Positions 14,583 through 33,408 of a stretch of 64,000 bases of DNA are shown here, one piece after another. The DNA is from the human T2T-CHM13v2.0 reference genome, Homo sapiens. The position numbers and the translations under genes were made by a program. The notes under the pieces are model-generated. The model ran no database searches. It was not told the DNA's origin and saw nothing but the letters and a program-made list of their open reading frames with translations. The stretch's first letter is position 1. The number at the start of each line of letters is the position of its first letter. The stretch is taken from assembly GCF_009914755.1 (NCBI RefSeq), contig NC_060931.1. The stretch is one strand, 5' to 3'.

Positions 14583-16319
14583 CCAGGAGAGGTATTTATA
14601 GTAAATAAGGAAATGACCAGACTCATTAACAATAAAAATTATATACAGTCAAGTGTTACTTAGCTGAAATAACATGGTGTAAATAAATGGTGTAAATAAT
14701 ATGCCCCCTATATTAATAAAACAGATGAAGCAAAACTGAAAATAAGCCAATAAGAAATAAAATCCACTTGATAGTTTTGCTAATGATTGTAACATAATAG
14801 CTTGCATTTTAACTTACATTTTAAATAAAGAACGCAGTCCAATCTCTCAAATTATGGAAGTTTTTCTTCTAAAATAATTCTGATAACTAGCTTTCATTTG
14901 AATATCTCCAGTAGTGAAGAGCTCATTACTTTTATGGGAATCCATTCTATTGTTGGTAATAGTTATCCTAATGCTTTAAAAATATTACATTGACATCTGA
15001 CTACCTGCATGTTCCTTTTAGAAAAAGTTTAATTTAGAAAAAGAAAAATACTACTACCTGAGATAACACACAAAGGTGTATTTTCTCTTGGCCACAGTAT
15101 TTTCAGGACATTAAAAAAATAAGATTATACATCATTTATACTGTTTAGTAAGTGAGCTTTCAAATTACAGGTCATGTAAGTGTTCAAGATGTTCTAATCA
15201 GACCTAATTGTCACTATTTTACATTAAACTTGTATACATGTCTAATGTAAAACAATGTGTTTAAAATAATGTAAAATAAGGGTATGTTTGTTTTTACACT
15301 CTGGCTCAGGCTAGCCTCTGTGTATATCACTGTGGCTTCTGTGTGGAGCAAGAACTTAATCAAATTTGGATTTGCATTCACATTAGTTTCACCACTATCT
15401 AGGCTTTACGTAGTTGTAAGCAACTGTTTAGCTTTTGGGTCTGGCTTTCATTTTTCTTGTCTCTTATAATCTTAGGGTAATATTTGACATTTTAAAAACA
15501 AATTAACATCCTTAAATCAAAGATCTTAAAATATAATTGTTGTGAAATTCCCTGAAAATAATTTACATATTTTTTAAATACATGAAACTAAATGACTTGC
15601 TGTAAGTCTGTTTCTCACAACTGACACTCTGCTTTTCCTGTGAAGAAATACATAAACAGAAGCCTCAGCTAGACAGATTTTCTTTTGTTTGCCTAATTGC
15701 CAGAAGGTTAATGATTTTCATAATGCCATTTATGTCTGGATATTATCAGCACTGTAAAAAAAAAAGTTCTAATAACTTTTGTTAGTGTAGTCTGCAGAAC
15801 CATTGAAGGAACAAACATATTGTATAAGGAAACTTTTTGTTTTCTCAGCAAAGTGTTTCAAATATGTTAAAATCAGCTCAATATTCAGTATTATTATTTG
15901 GTTAAATTCCAGAATGGAAAGAACTTGTAGTAAAATGATTAGGCTATGAACAGACAAATGCAACTGACAATGTTAAGTCGAAAAGTATTTTTTTTTTACT
16001 TAATTGAAGCAAAATATTAATTTTAAAAATATGAGTTAGAGCTGAATAATCTGTAGACATAAAAGCACGTATACTTTTAGAATGTGTGATGTTATTGTTG
16101 CATCACTGGAAAACCTTACGTGTTTATTCTTTTGAAGAGTGGAAGATGGAATTTAATTTACTCTTTAACTTTCTGTTATAAAGCTTAACCGTCTTTAGTC
16201 TCTTCAGAGCAATGTTACGAGATTGAGTTTCCACATCATTCTGGTTATTCTTCTTGAACACCCTTAGTTTTAAAATTATCTTTCTTAAAAGATTGATCTC
16301 ATAAGATTGAATACCTTGT

Positions 16320-16725
16320 CCTATGTTTTATAGCTTATAATTTTTCTTTTGTGGACTACCTGTTAAAGTCTTTTACCCATTTTTTATTAGGTTTACTGAT
16401 TGTTTCTTATTGATTTGTGGGGCTTGTTTATACATTAACAAAAATGAATATTTTTGTTATAGGTTTAGAAATATCTTCTCCCAATCTATAGTTAGCCGTT
16501 TAACTCTCTGATTCCTGCCTTTTGATAATCGATGTCTAATTTTACTATAATCGAATTTATATTTTCCTGTTTAGCTAGTACATTTTGAGTCCTGTTTAAA
16601 AAATCTTTCCCAACCACAAAAAGATGCTGTATGTTCTCTTCCAGAAACTTTTACAATTTGATCTACACGTTTTGACCTTGATTTTTGAGTATGGTGTGGG
16701 GCAGAATCACTTCTAGAACAATTTA
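16320..16725 (-). mobile_element. Old L1M ORF2 fragment
   Basis: AAGTCTTTTACCCATTTTTTATTAGG and AAATATCTTCTCCCAATCT match antisense L1 ORF2. Confidence 0.65.
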
Positions 16726-17818
16726 TTGTGGGGGAAAAGGACGGTGATTTTTGAAAAAGGAAACAAGAAGAGCTTGTGGATTGCTGGCAATGATTTCTTT
16801 ATAGATCTGGGTGGCTGTTACACTGTTATGTTCATTGTGTGATAATTCCTGATACTAGCTATTTATATGTTTGTAATTTGTTCATTTATATATATATATG
16901 TAAAGACTTTATAAAAATGCATGAAAAACATATCTAATAATACATTGTAAATATAATATTCTACTTAGATGTCATAATTTTAACCCTGTATATTATTTCA
17001 TAAAGTAAGGTTACATAATTCTTTCTAAGCATTAGATACCTTTAATCATGAAATTGATAATGCGTTTCTTCAAAATGAGTAGCTTTGTTTATTGTTGATG
17101 TTAAAACAAACTGTACTGGTATAGGTTCAGGTTTCCAGCCAGTGAAAAACATTTACATCATTATTCAGTTTGTTATCCTATTAGGTTTCTTTTCCAGGTT
17201 TATATAATTGGCAAATTTCATAAGCATGTCTTTCATGCCTTAGAGAATAAAAATATTAAAAATGACAGTATACAGGATGAAAGCCTGTGGAACATCATTA
17301 GAGAGCGCTCTTCAAGCTGACATCACCATTAATCAACGTATTTGGGGCACGATAACTAGCCATTTTTTAATCTACCTAAAACTGTTATCTCCCAGCCCAC
17401 ATTTTACTAGTTTACATTTGCCAGATATTTTGTCAAATGCTTTGCAATAATTAAAATTGAAGATACATCTATGGAATTTATGCTGTTCTATTAAACAAGG
17501 ACTCAATTTTATAAAAGGAAATCCTTATAACCTACCACTATTGCCTCCTCTATCACCAGACCCCATTCATCTTTTTCCTAAATATTTACAACTCACATGC
17601 TAGACTTTAAAGAGGATCTCTCTTGTTATTTTTCCCAGATGTACCAACTTCACTGTTTTTAAAATTTATGGTTTTTATGGTTTTTAGTTTTTGACTATCT
17701 TTCTTTTTTTGGCAGCTCCTTTAATAAATATTCAAGAAAGCTAAGATTACATTTATGGATAATGCCAGTCCTTGGGGTTATAATCTGAATTCGAATGCTT
17801 CAAAAAGTTAAAGGAACA

Positions 17819-18141
<323 letters not shown>

Positions 18142-18879
18142 TTATTATGTCTTAGCTTGTCTGAGGAGGTATTTGTCTATACTCAGTTAGTAGTTTTGCT
18201 ACTTCTAGAATTATTTGAAACTGTTGTCTTTGTTGGTAGAAATGGGTGACAAACAGTACTATTTTCCTGTCATTAAATAATATCTGATAGTATTATATCT
18301 TCTTTCTTCTGTTTTGCTTAAAAAATAGCTTTCAAGCTCTTTTGTTTGAACCTTATTTATATAAGTATTAATTTATCGATATTTTAGGAATGATTGGGCC
18401 ACTGCCAATTTTCCTACTCTAGTTTATAACAGATGTTGATTAATGGATATAGCCCTCTTCCCTGGCTACTCTAATCAACAAATATCTGCACTTGGTTGAA
18501 GCCTGTTTATCCACTTCTCATAGATCACATGACCTCCTTGCAGATGTTTATCCCCCACTGCAAATAAAATCTGAGCTCATTAACGAGTTCATTTTAGCAC
18601 TTATTAAGATGCCTGTTACTGTTTTTGTATCAATTAGATAATTCTCCATTATAGGCTTAAACTCATGTTACATATTATTTTCAATGTTCAGAAGGTCTTA
18701 AAATTCATGGTGTCATGTCTTTTTTAGTTTTGAATAAAAATTAGTTTTTCAAATGTTTATATTCTGTGCATTGGTCTTAGTCTAGAACTTCTCTTAGACT
18801 TACCCTAGAAACTTCCAATTTATCCCCAATATCTTTTAACTACTGCAAATTTTAACAGGTTTACTGATGTATAATTGAT

Positions 18880-19417
<538 letters not shown>

Positions 19418-22104
19418 TAGCTCACTAATTATTTCTTAGATTATATATAATTGGTAGCCTTTCCTCAGATGAGTTTATTTTCCTATCAACCAACTTTTGC
19501 ATTTCTAAAACTACTTCATAGTTTCTTTTAGTATCCATCTATAAATGTTTTATTTTTCCCTGTTGTAACTGATAATTACTGCTATTTTTAATGAATAGCA
19601 TTACCTATTTTATATTTTTGAGAGGATAAAGCCTATTTATCTCCACTAGCCCTCAATTGCTATTACTTATGGAACTAATTGGTGTTGAACTTTTGACTTT
19701 GTTGACTTCGTGGCATTGGATTTCATTCCTGTCATTTGAAATTTTCATTTGCATGTTCTTCTTGACAGCCAGTCTCTCTCTTTCTGGTCTCTCTTTCTCT
19801 TTCTTCTCTCTTCCTATCTCCTCTCATCTCCCCTGTTTTTTGTGCTTTATCATTTTGGGACTTTCTCTACTCAAGTCCCAGAATGTCCAGTCTGAAAGTG
19901 TACCTTACATTACTCGCCCGATGCCTGTGCCTGGCAGTGTTTTTAGGGAATCATGTGTCTAGTCACCAAGCCAGTGAATGCCTTTACTCAGCTCAGATAT
20001 GCCTATTTGCTAACCTCTTTGGGCATACAGCCTCATATAATCCATATGTTTAAGTGAGTAATCAGCTTTCTTCAGTCTCTTTTCACAACCAGGTTAGCCG
20101 AGGGCCAGTCTCGGTTTGCAACCTTAAAGCAAGCTTTCTGTAGCTGATACACACAGGGAACTTACATTACCAATATTCCGTAGTAGTCAAATGCCCAAAT
20201 GCCTTTGTATGTCCCCAGATCCGGACTCTGTCTGGCCTCGGCTTCAGCCCCACTCATTGCTTTGCATGTTTGTTGCATTTCTTGTGCATAGAGATGTTTA
20301 TCTTATTTTTTGATCCTGGCTATGTCTTTTCAATTTTCTTCTTATCTATCTTATCTAAAAATACAGTGTATTTGAAGCAGAAGGGGGTCTCAAAGCCTGA
20401 ACTCATAATGCAATTTTGCCTGGAGTCTCCTTTTCAATTTATTTTTTTCAGCTGATACTTATTTCTCAGCCAGTTATTAAAGGTAGTTCTAACCCTAATT
20501 GAATTTTTTTTTTCACCTTGTATTTTTGCTAAATTAGAATCCAGGCATATAGTCTCTGGTGGTGTTAAAACCACCAACTTGAGTGCCGCGTTTCTTCAGG
20601 AGCCATTTATCACTACAACAGAAACTCCATGGCCTCTCTAAACCACCCACTAAATTCCTCTTTTGTCTGACTTACTGAATTACAAATTACAAAGCAAAAA
20701 TAACTCATATTAGTCCAGAGTACTAGTTTCTTCAATTATTCAGATTCTCTATTGTAATGGATCACTCTAGGAGCCCACATAGAATGGACACGTAGAATAC
20801 AAACACTGTATATCTTTACAGCATACGTGTGCTCACACCATATACTACACACACGCAAATACACAGGGGGAGGAATATCTGTGTATGTGTGAGAATAAAG
20901 AGAAGAGTGAGGAAGGAAAGACAGATGGAGGATGGGAGGGGTGGGAAAGGGAAGAGAGAGCACAGAAGAAGAGAGAGAAGGGGAATGAAGAAACAGCATT
21001 CTTATTGTTTCGAGACTAGCAAGAGTTCCATAACAAGTATACATCTTTCAAGTTACTTCAACAATACACTAGTTATTTGCTAGATGTTTTAGGCACTATT
21101 ATCTCTAGGCAAGTGTTCTTCTTAGGAACTAAGAGTTTATGACTGTTCAGCATCTCCACTTCTTCTAACTCCTCTTTGACGTCCAACCACTTTCTTTGAG
21201 CTGCTACAATACATTGGGAACTTTTTTGCCCTCTTATATACCACATTCCAGAGGTGGTTGTGATGAAAGAGGTATCATTATTAATCCTCGGATCAATAGA
21301 GGTTACACATTTCACAAGCCAAGTAAACAAAGTAATAAACTTCCCCGAATTGCATTGCTTGATAGACCAAAGAGAAAAAGGGAACTTTTCATCGATCTTT
21401 CCACCATGTTCCTCATGAAAGACTGACTTTTGCCCTCCCCTTGAGGTTAATCACTACAGTATTCTCTCCACATATATTTCTGCTAAGAAATACATTTTGA
21501 CTTATATTTCTTCTGATTTTAGATTTTTGCTTTCCTTAAAGTTAACAATAAATTCTATTTTGCTAAAAGTAATGAGATAAATGGGATTAAGCAGCTGTAT
21601 GTTAGTTGCTTGCTTGCTGAAAGACTGGAATGCAGCAAACAATAAGTAACTGAAGAAAATTTATTCTGGAGCATTCATTAGCAAAACAGAGGAAATAGTC
21701 TAAGTTTCACCAATCAATCAGACATTTTCTCACCTGTTACCTCATTGTATTAATTGCTCGTTGACTTGAGTTCACTCAATCACTCTGTTGCTTTTGGTAA
21801 TACATAGAACTCTGTATGAAATTGGCTATAAAATTTCTTCAAGGTTTCGAACTGTATATCTAACAGGTAAGAAAATATATTTGTTACCCCACAATAACTG
21901 AGTATATTGTTGTCCCCAAAATTAACCTACAGCTCTTTCAAAATTTTATGGAATTCTAGGTAAAATAGGAAGATGAATGATATATGACAATAAGGAATAT
22001 TATATATTAACACTACAATAGGAAAAAAATAACATATAAAAAACACACTACAAAGCAGGTATAAGTAACTCATTGTTAGTAAACAGATTATCAGGAAGTG
22101 GTCC

Positions 22105-22470
22105 CAAGAGGTACTGCAGACTAGAATCTCCAGGATACACATCCTGAGATGAAAAATAGCATCTAGGAAGTTAATTAGGAGTGTTTTGGGGATGAAAACC
22201 TGTGGAAGAGAAAGGAATGAAACAGAAATTAGTTACAGGGAGGAGTTTAGGTGAAATGCAGTTTCAATGAAGTCTTTGACCAATCCCTGCAGGGAGCTCT
22301 GAGACTGTGAAGACACCTCAGAGTTTCTACAGGTTGGGGCAGGGTACTGGCTTTTTATAGCCCCAGGTTGACCAGTCGTTGCAGTTGCACAACCCCATGA
22401 AGGTATACCATCTACATGTGCCTCTTTTTAACCCAGGAAATTCCTGAAGAGGAATTACAGCTAAGTACTG
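22105..22470 (-). mobile_element. LTR16-like ERVL LTR
   Basis: CTGAGATG...AGGAAGTTAATTAGGAGTG...ACCTGTGGAAG...GGGAGCTCTG resembles antisense LTR16. Confidence 0.6.
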
Positions 22471-22696
22471 TATCATAGAAAAAATATTCTTGTAAAAGTG
22501 TGAATTATATGATAATAGAAACTGAGAAGTAGTTACATCGTTTGCACATATATTCCATAGATAGCACCCATATAACCTATGCAAACACATACACTAGATA
22601 CTTAAATTTTTCCAAATGTTTTGTGAGATATGATTTCGATATAGTGAAAGGTACAGATTTTAAATTTGTATTTTTTTTTAAGAGATTAATCTTGGG

Positions 22697-22898
22697 CAGG
22701 GATCAACAAACTTCAACCCTCTGTCCAGCTACAAGCTTTTGTTAATAACACTTCATTATAACATGGCCATACTCTTTTGTGTATGTACTGCTCTTCATAC
22801 TATAATAGAATTTGGCAGTTTTAACAGAGGTAGTATGGTCTACAAAGCCAAAAATACATAGTATTTAACCTTTTACAGAAAATGTTTGCTGACCCTTG
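22697..22898 (+). mobile_element. MER58A-like hAT-Charlie MITE
   Basis: Degenerate TIRs CAGGGATCAACAAAC / GTTTGCTGACCCTTG; 8-bp TSD ATCTTGGG / ATCTAGGG. Confidence 0.85.
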
Positions 22899-22909
22899 AT
22901 CTAGGGTTT

Positions 22910-25040
<2,131 letters not shown>

Positions 25041-26133
25041 AGTTATTTTATATATTTTTTAGTTTTGTAATTTTAAAAAAAGCTATTCTATCATAGTTTT
25101 AAGCAAAAATAGGCCATGTAACCATTATTATTTGAATATCTGTGATGATTTATGAAATGATTATTATGAACGTCCTCATAGAATAAATTATTTTGCCAGC
25201 CTTTAAATTCCTTATTTAAAAAATAGTACACACGTTTTGATATACTGTACATTGGATAATCTATTGAATATTTTTATATCATTCTCTTTAGTAGCTGAAC
25301 TCACTGTAAAAATTATAGTGCCTCTTAGCACTAACATTATGCCATATTTTCTGTAACTTATTTTGTGTACAACCCTAGTTATTTTAAATATTACTGTAAA
25401 TTAAGAATATTGATCTATATGAGTGCCATTTTTCTAACAAATGTTTTTACATTCTTACTATTTGCTAAGCAATTCTTATATTTTGCCAAAAGAGATTTAA
25501 CTTTGTTTAGTATCTAATTTTTCTAGAAATATGACTTACAAGAGGTATTGACTGTATATCTTCTAAGTGTTAAATAAACATTCTTCCTGATTTCCTATAT
25601 ACTTCCCTGTACCTCTCAGTGGTACAGGAAATTAATGTAAGATTAGGTTCATTTTAAGAATTGCAAATATTTTTCTACTTTACTTCACAAGAAAAATATA
25701 TTTTAGAATTGTGTATAATTGCTTGTTTTTAATTTATAATTTATTAAATGATAAAGTTTACATGACAGAAAAAATTGGATAGTTACATACATTTTTCTCA
25801 TGATTTTAGCTGAAGAGTTTATGGTAAATTGGTCAACCCTCAGCCAATTAGACTTTGACATGTACTAATAAGATCTAATTGAGGAATTATGAAGACATTT
25901 GCTCAGGAGAAAATGAGCACATAATTACACCATAAAGAGGTTAAAGAATCAATGTTACCAGCTGGAAGAATATTAGTTGAAGTCCCAATGGCATCTATAA
26001 AGGATATTTCATAATATATCTGTGAAATAGAGCACTGCCAAGACCAATTAAGATATGTAGAATATTCCATTGTCAGTTGTACAAGTTCAAATTTAAATAT
26101 TCATTTTCCCATCTTACCTCTGCCCATCTTCAG

Positions 26134-26327
26134 GTGCTGGGGGATGGTCTCCATCAGACAGCGACCATTATCAATGGCTTCAGGTTGACTTTGGCAATCG
26201 GAAGCAGATCAGTGCCATTGCAACCCAAGGAAGGTATAGCAGCTCAGATTGGGTGACCCAATACCGGATGCTCTACAGCGACACAGGGAGAAACTGGAAA
26301 CCCTATCATCAAGATGGGAATATCTGG
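26134..26327 (+). CDS. CNTNAP2: Contactin-associated protein-like 2, exon 3 (194 bp), F5/8 type C discoidin domain
   Basis: CAG acceptor and GTAAGT donor; after 2 nt reads [64 protein letters not shown], matching CASPR2 residues 71-134 as I recall them. Confidence 0.97.
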
Positions 26328-26509
26328 GTAAGTCATTGGCAGGAAAGCAAAGACACAGAATTGGATTGGAAATATTAGAAAATGGTACAGGATTTACTAA
26401 GCATATATAGTTATCAATATTTATGTATTCAAATCATTGGGAAACTATTTATTCATCATTGTTGATGGAAGAAAGTTTCTTCAGGCTGTAATTTCTATCC
26501 AATGGTTAA

Positions 26510-26610
26510 AGCAATGATTCTAGATCTGGACTATGAATTTGAATCACCTGAGGAAGTTTTAAAGCACGTAGATGAAAGGCAAACCCGGATCAATAAGACC
26601 AGAATCACGT
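26510..26610. mobile_element. MER5-like hAT fragment
   Basis: GAATCACCTGAGGAAGTTTTAAA...CAGAATC. Confidence 0.5.
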
Positions 26611-27007
26611 AAGTTGAAATAGTGATTAATGATACTGATAACTTTTCTGAAGACAGCGATCTTCAATTGAAGGAAAATATTGAAATTATGAAGAATATAA
26701 TTTAGAGAAGTAAGAGCAGTGATAGATGTTAAGAAAAGAACTTGTCCATTTTATAATAGTGTCTTAAACACTTATTACAGATCTATGTTCACTTTATTCC
26801 TTTATTATGAAAGAAGAGAATAAAGCTTAACCCATTTGTTCTTAAAATGTCTCTATTAACTTAAAAAGTTGTATATATTCAATCAAATATTCACCACATA
26901 ATAATTTGAATAAATTATTTAACAGTAAAATTTAAGTGTTCTACTTTGTTTAATTATTTTAAAAAGCAGGCATGACCAAAATCAAGTGCTGTCATCAATA
27001 TTAAACC

Positions 27008-27090
27008 AGAAGAAGAAGAAGAAAAAGAAGATGAGGAGGAGGAAAGGGAGAGGATGAAAGGGAAGGGGGAAAAGAAGGAAGAGGAAAGGG
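27008..27090. repeat. GA-rich polypurine tract
   Basis: (GAA)n and (GGA)n low complexity. Confidence 0.85.
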
Positions 27091-27477
27091 TTCACTTTTA
27101 AAATCATGTCCTTCACAGTATTAGTTGGAGTGCTGGATATTTTTAACTTTATCATGAATCACTCTTGTAGACTTTGTATTTTAAAAGTCCCCAATTATTT
27201 TTTCTAAGTAACAAGAGTTTATAATTTCTAGCTAAAGTGGATGTTCATTTCTACAGCAGTATGTGAAATAAGGATATAATGTCCTGATAATAAAAAATGT
27301 GTCTACTTAAGTAGAACTTTAGAAATAACTCCTTTCAAGTCATAATTATATGGAAAGAATATTTGTGTATTAGGATGTATAAGTTACGGAAAGCAAGTAG
27401 TGGGAAAAATGCCTCTTTCTAAAATGTCTTCATCTCGCAATTGAGATAATTCAAATCCTCAGGCATAATTTATAGAA

Positions 27478-27655
27478 AAGTGCTTATCAAGCCTGAATAC
27501 ACAGTAGAATTAGCTAGAGAACTTTAAAACATATAGACCCTTGTGTCCCAACCCCAGAGACTTGAATTTAGTTGGTCTAAGGTGCAGCCTGGGCTTTGGG
27601 ATTTTAAAGCTCCGATGGTGATGCTAATGTACAGTGAACACCGAATACATAGTTT
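27478..27655. mobile_element. MER5A/B hAT MITE
   Basis: CCCCAGAGACTTGAATTTAGTTGGTCT...GGTGATGCTAATGTACAG. Confidence 0.7.
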
Positions 27656-27922
27656 AGATTGGTTTTCAGTCTACAGTTAAGAAGGGGATAGAGGAAGTAT
27701 ATGCTGAAAATGAAGAGGAGAACAGAAAATTTGAAAGAGTTGCCCTTAAAATTTGGCAGAGAGAGAGAGGGGAAGACGGAGGAGTAAGGGGGTTGGGTGG
27801 GGGGAAGGGGAGGGAGAAATCAAGTGGCCAACCAACCAAACAGCAGACCAAACAACTGAGAGTAAACAGTGAAGGCTTGGATCACAGACCCTTCTAACAC
27901 CCAGAGCACTCATTATTTTCTA

Positions 27923-28045
27923 ACTTTCTATGGTTTCTAAACTAAGATCAAATGAGCATGTTGGTAAAATTGCTTGAGGGGTTTACTTTCTGTGATTTCT
28001 AAACTAAGATCAAATTAGCATGTTGGTAAAATTACTTGAGGGGTT
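27923..28045. repeat. 62-bp tandem duplication
   Basis: Two copies starting 27923 and 27985 with 4 substitutions. Confidence 0.92.
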
Positions 28046-28263
28046 ACAAGTCAGACTCTGAAATACTGTTCTCTATATCAGAACAGAAATACTGTTCACA
28101 TTTTTGTATTTGTAAAGTCTTCATCTCAAAATTAAGAGTGTTCAAATCTCCTCTCCTCTCATAATGTGCCAAGATAGTAATAAAGATAGCTGCTAAAATA
28201 CTTGAACTTTAATGTATCTGTCAAATACTGAACAGTTAAGGACGGCTAAATGCAGAGACATAA

Positions 28264-28627
<364 letters not shown>

Positions 28628-28994
28628 TAGAATAATAATGGTTGAGTCGGGGAGACAAGGATGTCATGTAGTGAAAACATCACAACTTATGAAGATATGC
28701 TGGGTCTACTTATAGGGCTCTCCATCTTAAGGTGATAAAGGTGCATTTCTATTGTCTTCTCCCTTTCTGGTGTTCACTTTGTTTCTTCCTTTCAAATATT
28801 GTGTTTCTTATTAAAAATCAGTATGCTACGTGATGAGTGATTATTAGTAGTGAGCTCATTATAAAATTTTAAAAATCAAAACAAGTTGGAGACTATGTTA
28901 GTCTGTTCTTGCACTGCTGTTAAGAAATACCTGAGACTGGGTAATTTACGAAGAAAAGAGTTTTGATTGACTCACGTTTCCACAGGCTGTATAG

Positions 28995-29406
<412 letters not shown>

Positions 29407-29414
29407 TGTCCCAC

Positions 29415-29733
<319 letters not shown>

Positions 29734-31714
29734 CTGTCCCACACTTTTAAACAACCAGATCTCCTGGGATTTCACTCACTGTCAGGAGATCAACAAGCGG
29801 GAAGTCCACCCCCGTGATCCAATCACCTACTATCAGGCCCCTCTTCCAACACTGGGGATTACAATTTGACATGAGATTTTGGTGGGGACACAGACCCAAA
29901 CCATATCAGAGACACAATCTAAATATTGCAAAATATATTTAAGTACCAGTAAGCCTGCCACATAATGATTACATTATTTAATAATCTGTGACAGAAATGT
30001 TTTAATCCTTACTAATACAAAAAAAAAAAAAAAAGAGTCCAATCCTTTGACGTATTCTAAAAGAGTTAAAGTTCGTTGACTTCTAAAAATTCTTGAATAT
30101 TTTAGGGCTACGTCTTATCATTCATTAAGTGATTAAAATTTAGCATTTACAAATTTCAAAAAAAAGTACTCTTGGGGATTAAGTTTATTAAAAATGATAT
30201 TAAATACTAGAGTTTTTTAATCCACTACTGCTTAACATTATGTATACTGGACTTGAAGAGAATTCTGATATAGAGAAGATTGGATGGCTTTTTGATGGAA
30301 AACACCTTACAAGATGTAAAAATTTATGTATTTTTGAAATTGTTTTTACTATCCATTTTATAATGATTGTTTACCTGAGAAATATAGAAGATAATGTATA
30401 TTGAATCACATGAATATAATTTTAAACAAATGTCCATGGTTATGTTTTTCTGATTGTTGGGGAAATGGACAACATAAGTAATTTTTTATAGTATTCTTAT
30501 TAAATGTTCATATGGACATTCCGAGTTATTTTATCACTGTTGGATAATATATTAAAATAAGCAAAGAACAAGTCATATATAAGCAAATTATGACAGTTTC
30601 ACAAGGTTTTAGAGTCATGAATCTTGCATTAGGGAGTGAGAATGGCTCCTGAAAAGATTCCTAAAGAATGGTTTATCTGAATATTTAATATTCAAAGATC
30701 TGAGTTTCTAAATGGGCTTAACTAGTCAAACCTTCCATTCCTCTTTGATGATACTGAGCATAATAGAATTCTTTATATTTTACAATATAATTTCCTTCTA
30801 TTTAGAACCTCTTTTCCAATGTAATAGGTAAATAAAATTGCCCAAAAAATCATTACATCTACATACTCCACCAACTCTAATTTGCATGATTATCTTGAGA
30901 TGTTTTCAAGTTTCCTAAGTATAATCTGTTAGAGAGAGAGAGAGGAAGTATTCTGTATAAGCATTTTGTATCAGAAGTCCATTAAACATTATATTAAATA
31001 AGAATTCCAGCAGGCTTTTGCTAAGAGGCCTGTTTTGCTTGGGAAATTCAATTACTGGATTTTGAATGCAGATATTCGGAGCCAAAATAGGAAACTGGAG
31101 TAAAAGCAGTGGATGCCTTCTTTACACACCACTATTATTTTGTAGGATAGGAACATACTACAAATTTACCAGTCATATGAGCGCAGTTTTTGTTTTTCTT
31201 TAAAAAACACTTCCTAATCATGAAAACATGCTTGTATATTCTCAGTTATTTTTAAAAACAGTTTTGATCCATTTTGTTAATTTTAAGTAGGTGTTAGACT
31301 GAAATTTGTTACCACTGCATCTATTAAATGGAGAATTCTACAGAACACAGCTGTTTTATCATATTTAAATTATATGGTTAGATACTTATCAAGAATATAG
31401 GGATAAACAAATTCATATTATCTAAGAAGTATTAAATAGATTACTTATTTTCAAAACCTAGATCTCCTTGTCACATATACGCTTTTCCCATGTACAAATG
31501 CATACACATAATTGTTTCAATAAATTTAAAACATTTCAAAAATCTAGAAGACAAATACAATAGTTGGCAGTTTCATTTATGAAACATTTGGATTTTCTGA
31601 ATAGCAAGGCATAAGCTGGACCACGTATTCCCTACTTTCTTTTTAATTACATATTCCATCAACCAGTATTTATAAAATAAAAGTTCTCAAAAACATCCTT
31701 TTGAGTTAGCCTGT

Positions 31715-31925
31715 AATTAGCCATCAGGCAAGTGAAAGCCAAGATATGGAGTCGAAAGGTCTGAATTCATGTATCTTGTTTCATTTGTTTGTTTTATAAA
31801 CTTGGAGATCTGACTTTATTTCTCTGTTCCTGAAATCCTAATCTGAGAAGTAGATATAATTCCTATTGGGATATTTAAGTGAGATTATGTAAGTAAAGAA
31901 ATTTTTCAAGCTATTAAGATTAGAA
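31715..31925 (+). mobile_element. MIR, degenerate
   Basis: ATGGAGTCGAAAGGTCTGAATTC...TGAGATTATGTAAGTAAAG. Confidence 0.5.
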
Positions 31926-33408
31926 ACATGTGTGTCATCAATTCCCAATTTTAGAAGCATTCTCCAAATCTAGTGTAGTATGTTTTTTCAGTGACAATAG
32001 TCAGTAATGACAATTTTCAGAATTTTTAGTCACCCTCTATGTTTTTCAGATTCCCTTTACCTCTTTTTACTCTTATTCATGATTGAAAATATCTGACAAT
32101 ATTTTAGATTAAGGAAATGTTACTTAAAGTTGGAGGTAGAATGTATGCAAATCTCTGTCATAATTTTCGATTAACACATGGTAAATACATGTTTAGATAG
32201 TGCAGTGCAGGCTGGGTCAGTGAGGCATGACAGGTAGACCTAGCTCTGTGCCAGGTGCCATTGCAGTGCTTGTAACAAATTATCTGTTACCATCATGATG
32301 GCCTTGTGTCCAATGAGCCATTTAAGGGGACACTGTTTAGAAATGAATGGATTGTTCTGTCCTTTCTTTTCAGCCATTTGTTATAGTGGTTGCACTAATT
32401 TTCCAAATCACTTAAAAATCTGTTCCCAGTATAAATATAAAATATAAATGCCATTCTGTTACAGTTCAATGGTGTACTTAGATTCTTTCAAAATATCTAG
32501 AATTTTGTCTGCATGCGAAAGTCAGGATGACAACCATCCTGTCGCCTGCCCCTACATCTTCCATCGGATAATAACTTCTACTTCACTTAGGACATGAATG
32601 TGATTCTTTTCCCCAAAAGATGAGTATTACCCTTGCTTCTTTATGTAAACATCTACATTCCTGCTGCCATCAGTTATTTGGGTAAAGGATCAGGCAGACA
32701 TATTCATAATAATTTTATAGATAGCTTATTGAGAAATAAAACACATCAGAATAATCTGCATCAAACAAACACTTTCTAAAATTATCTTTGATATAAATGG
32801 GGTAAAAATCTTCAGAACTTGTATAGAAAAAAAAACAATTTCCAAGGCGATTTCAGAATAAGCTCCTTATTTCTGTGAAATAGATTTTTCTGTTTATACT
32901 CCTCTTAGGCTGGATAATATTTTTAAAGTCTCATGAATTTTAATAAGTTGAGTGGATATTCCAGATCCTTTTGCATATACTGTAATGCATCTACTAGTGA
33001 ATTTTGATCACCTTTCTAAATACACATTTGTATGGTGAGATTCTCATTTTCAAAGGTCATGAGGTTTCTTGGGACAATTTCTGAGACTCAATATTGTACA
33101 TAAATAGAACTGTTCTAACAAATATGGTTATGTGTTTAATATTTTTCTAAAATTTGGAAGATAAAAATAAGATGCTGTTGATAATATTGAATATATTATT
33201 GGCATATATTATGAGATAAAGGAAAATGTTATAATCTCATAAGATTTCTTACAGGCTGTAAAATAACAGTATATAGTTCTTCACAGTATAATGTATTTTT
33301 CATCTATGAGATAAAATAGGATATATGTAATTATTCTTCTAATGTTTAAAGTATCCATGAAACAAGATTTGTTATCAATTATACTAATATTTTCAGGTGT
33401 TTTATTTT

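Noticed and set aside
21073-21426. Overlapping protein-like ORFs on both strands
   Set aside because: No recognisable family, non-ATG starts, no poly(A) or TSD to suggest a processed pseudogene
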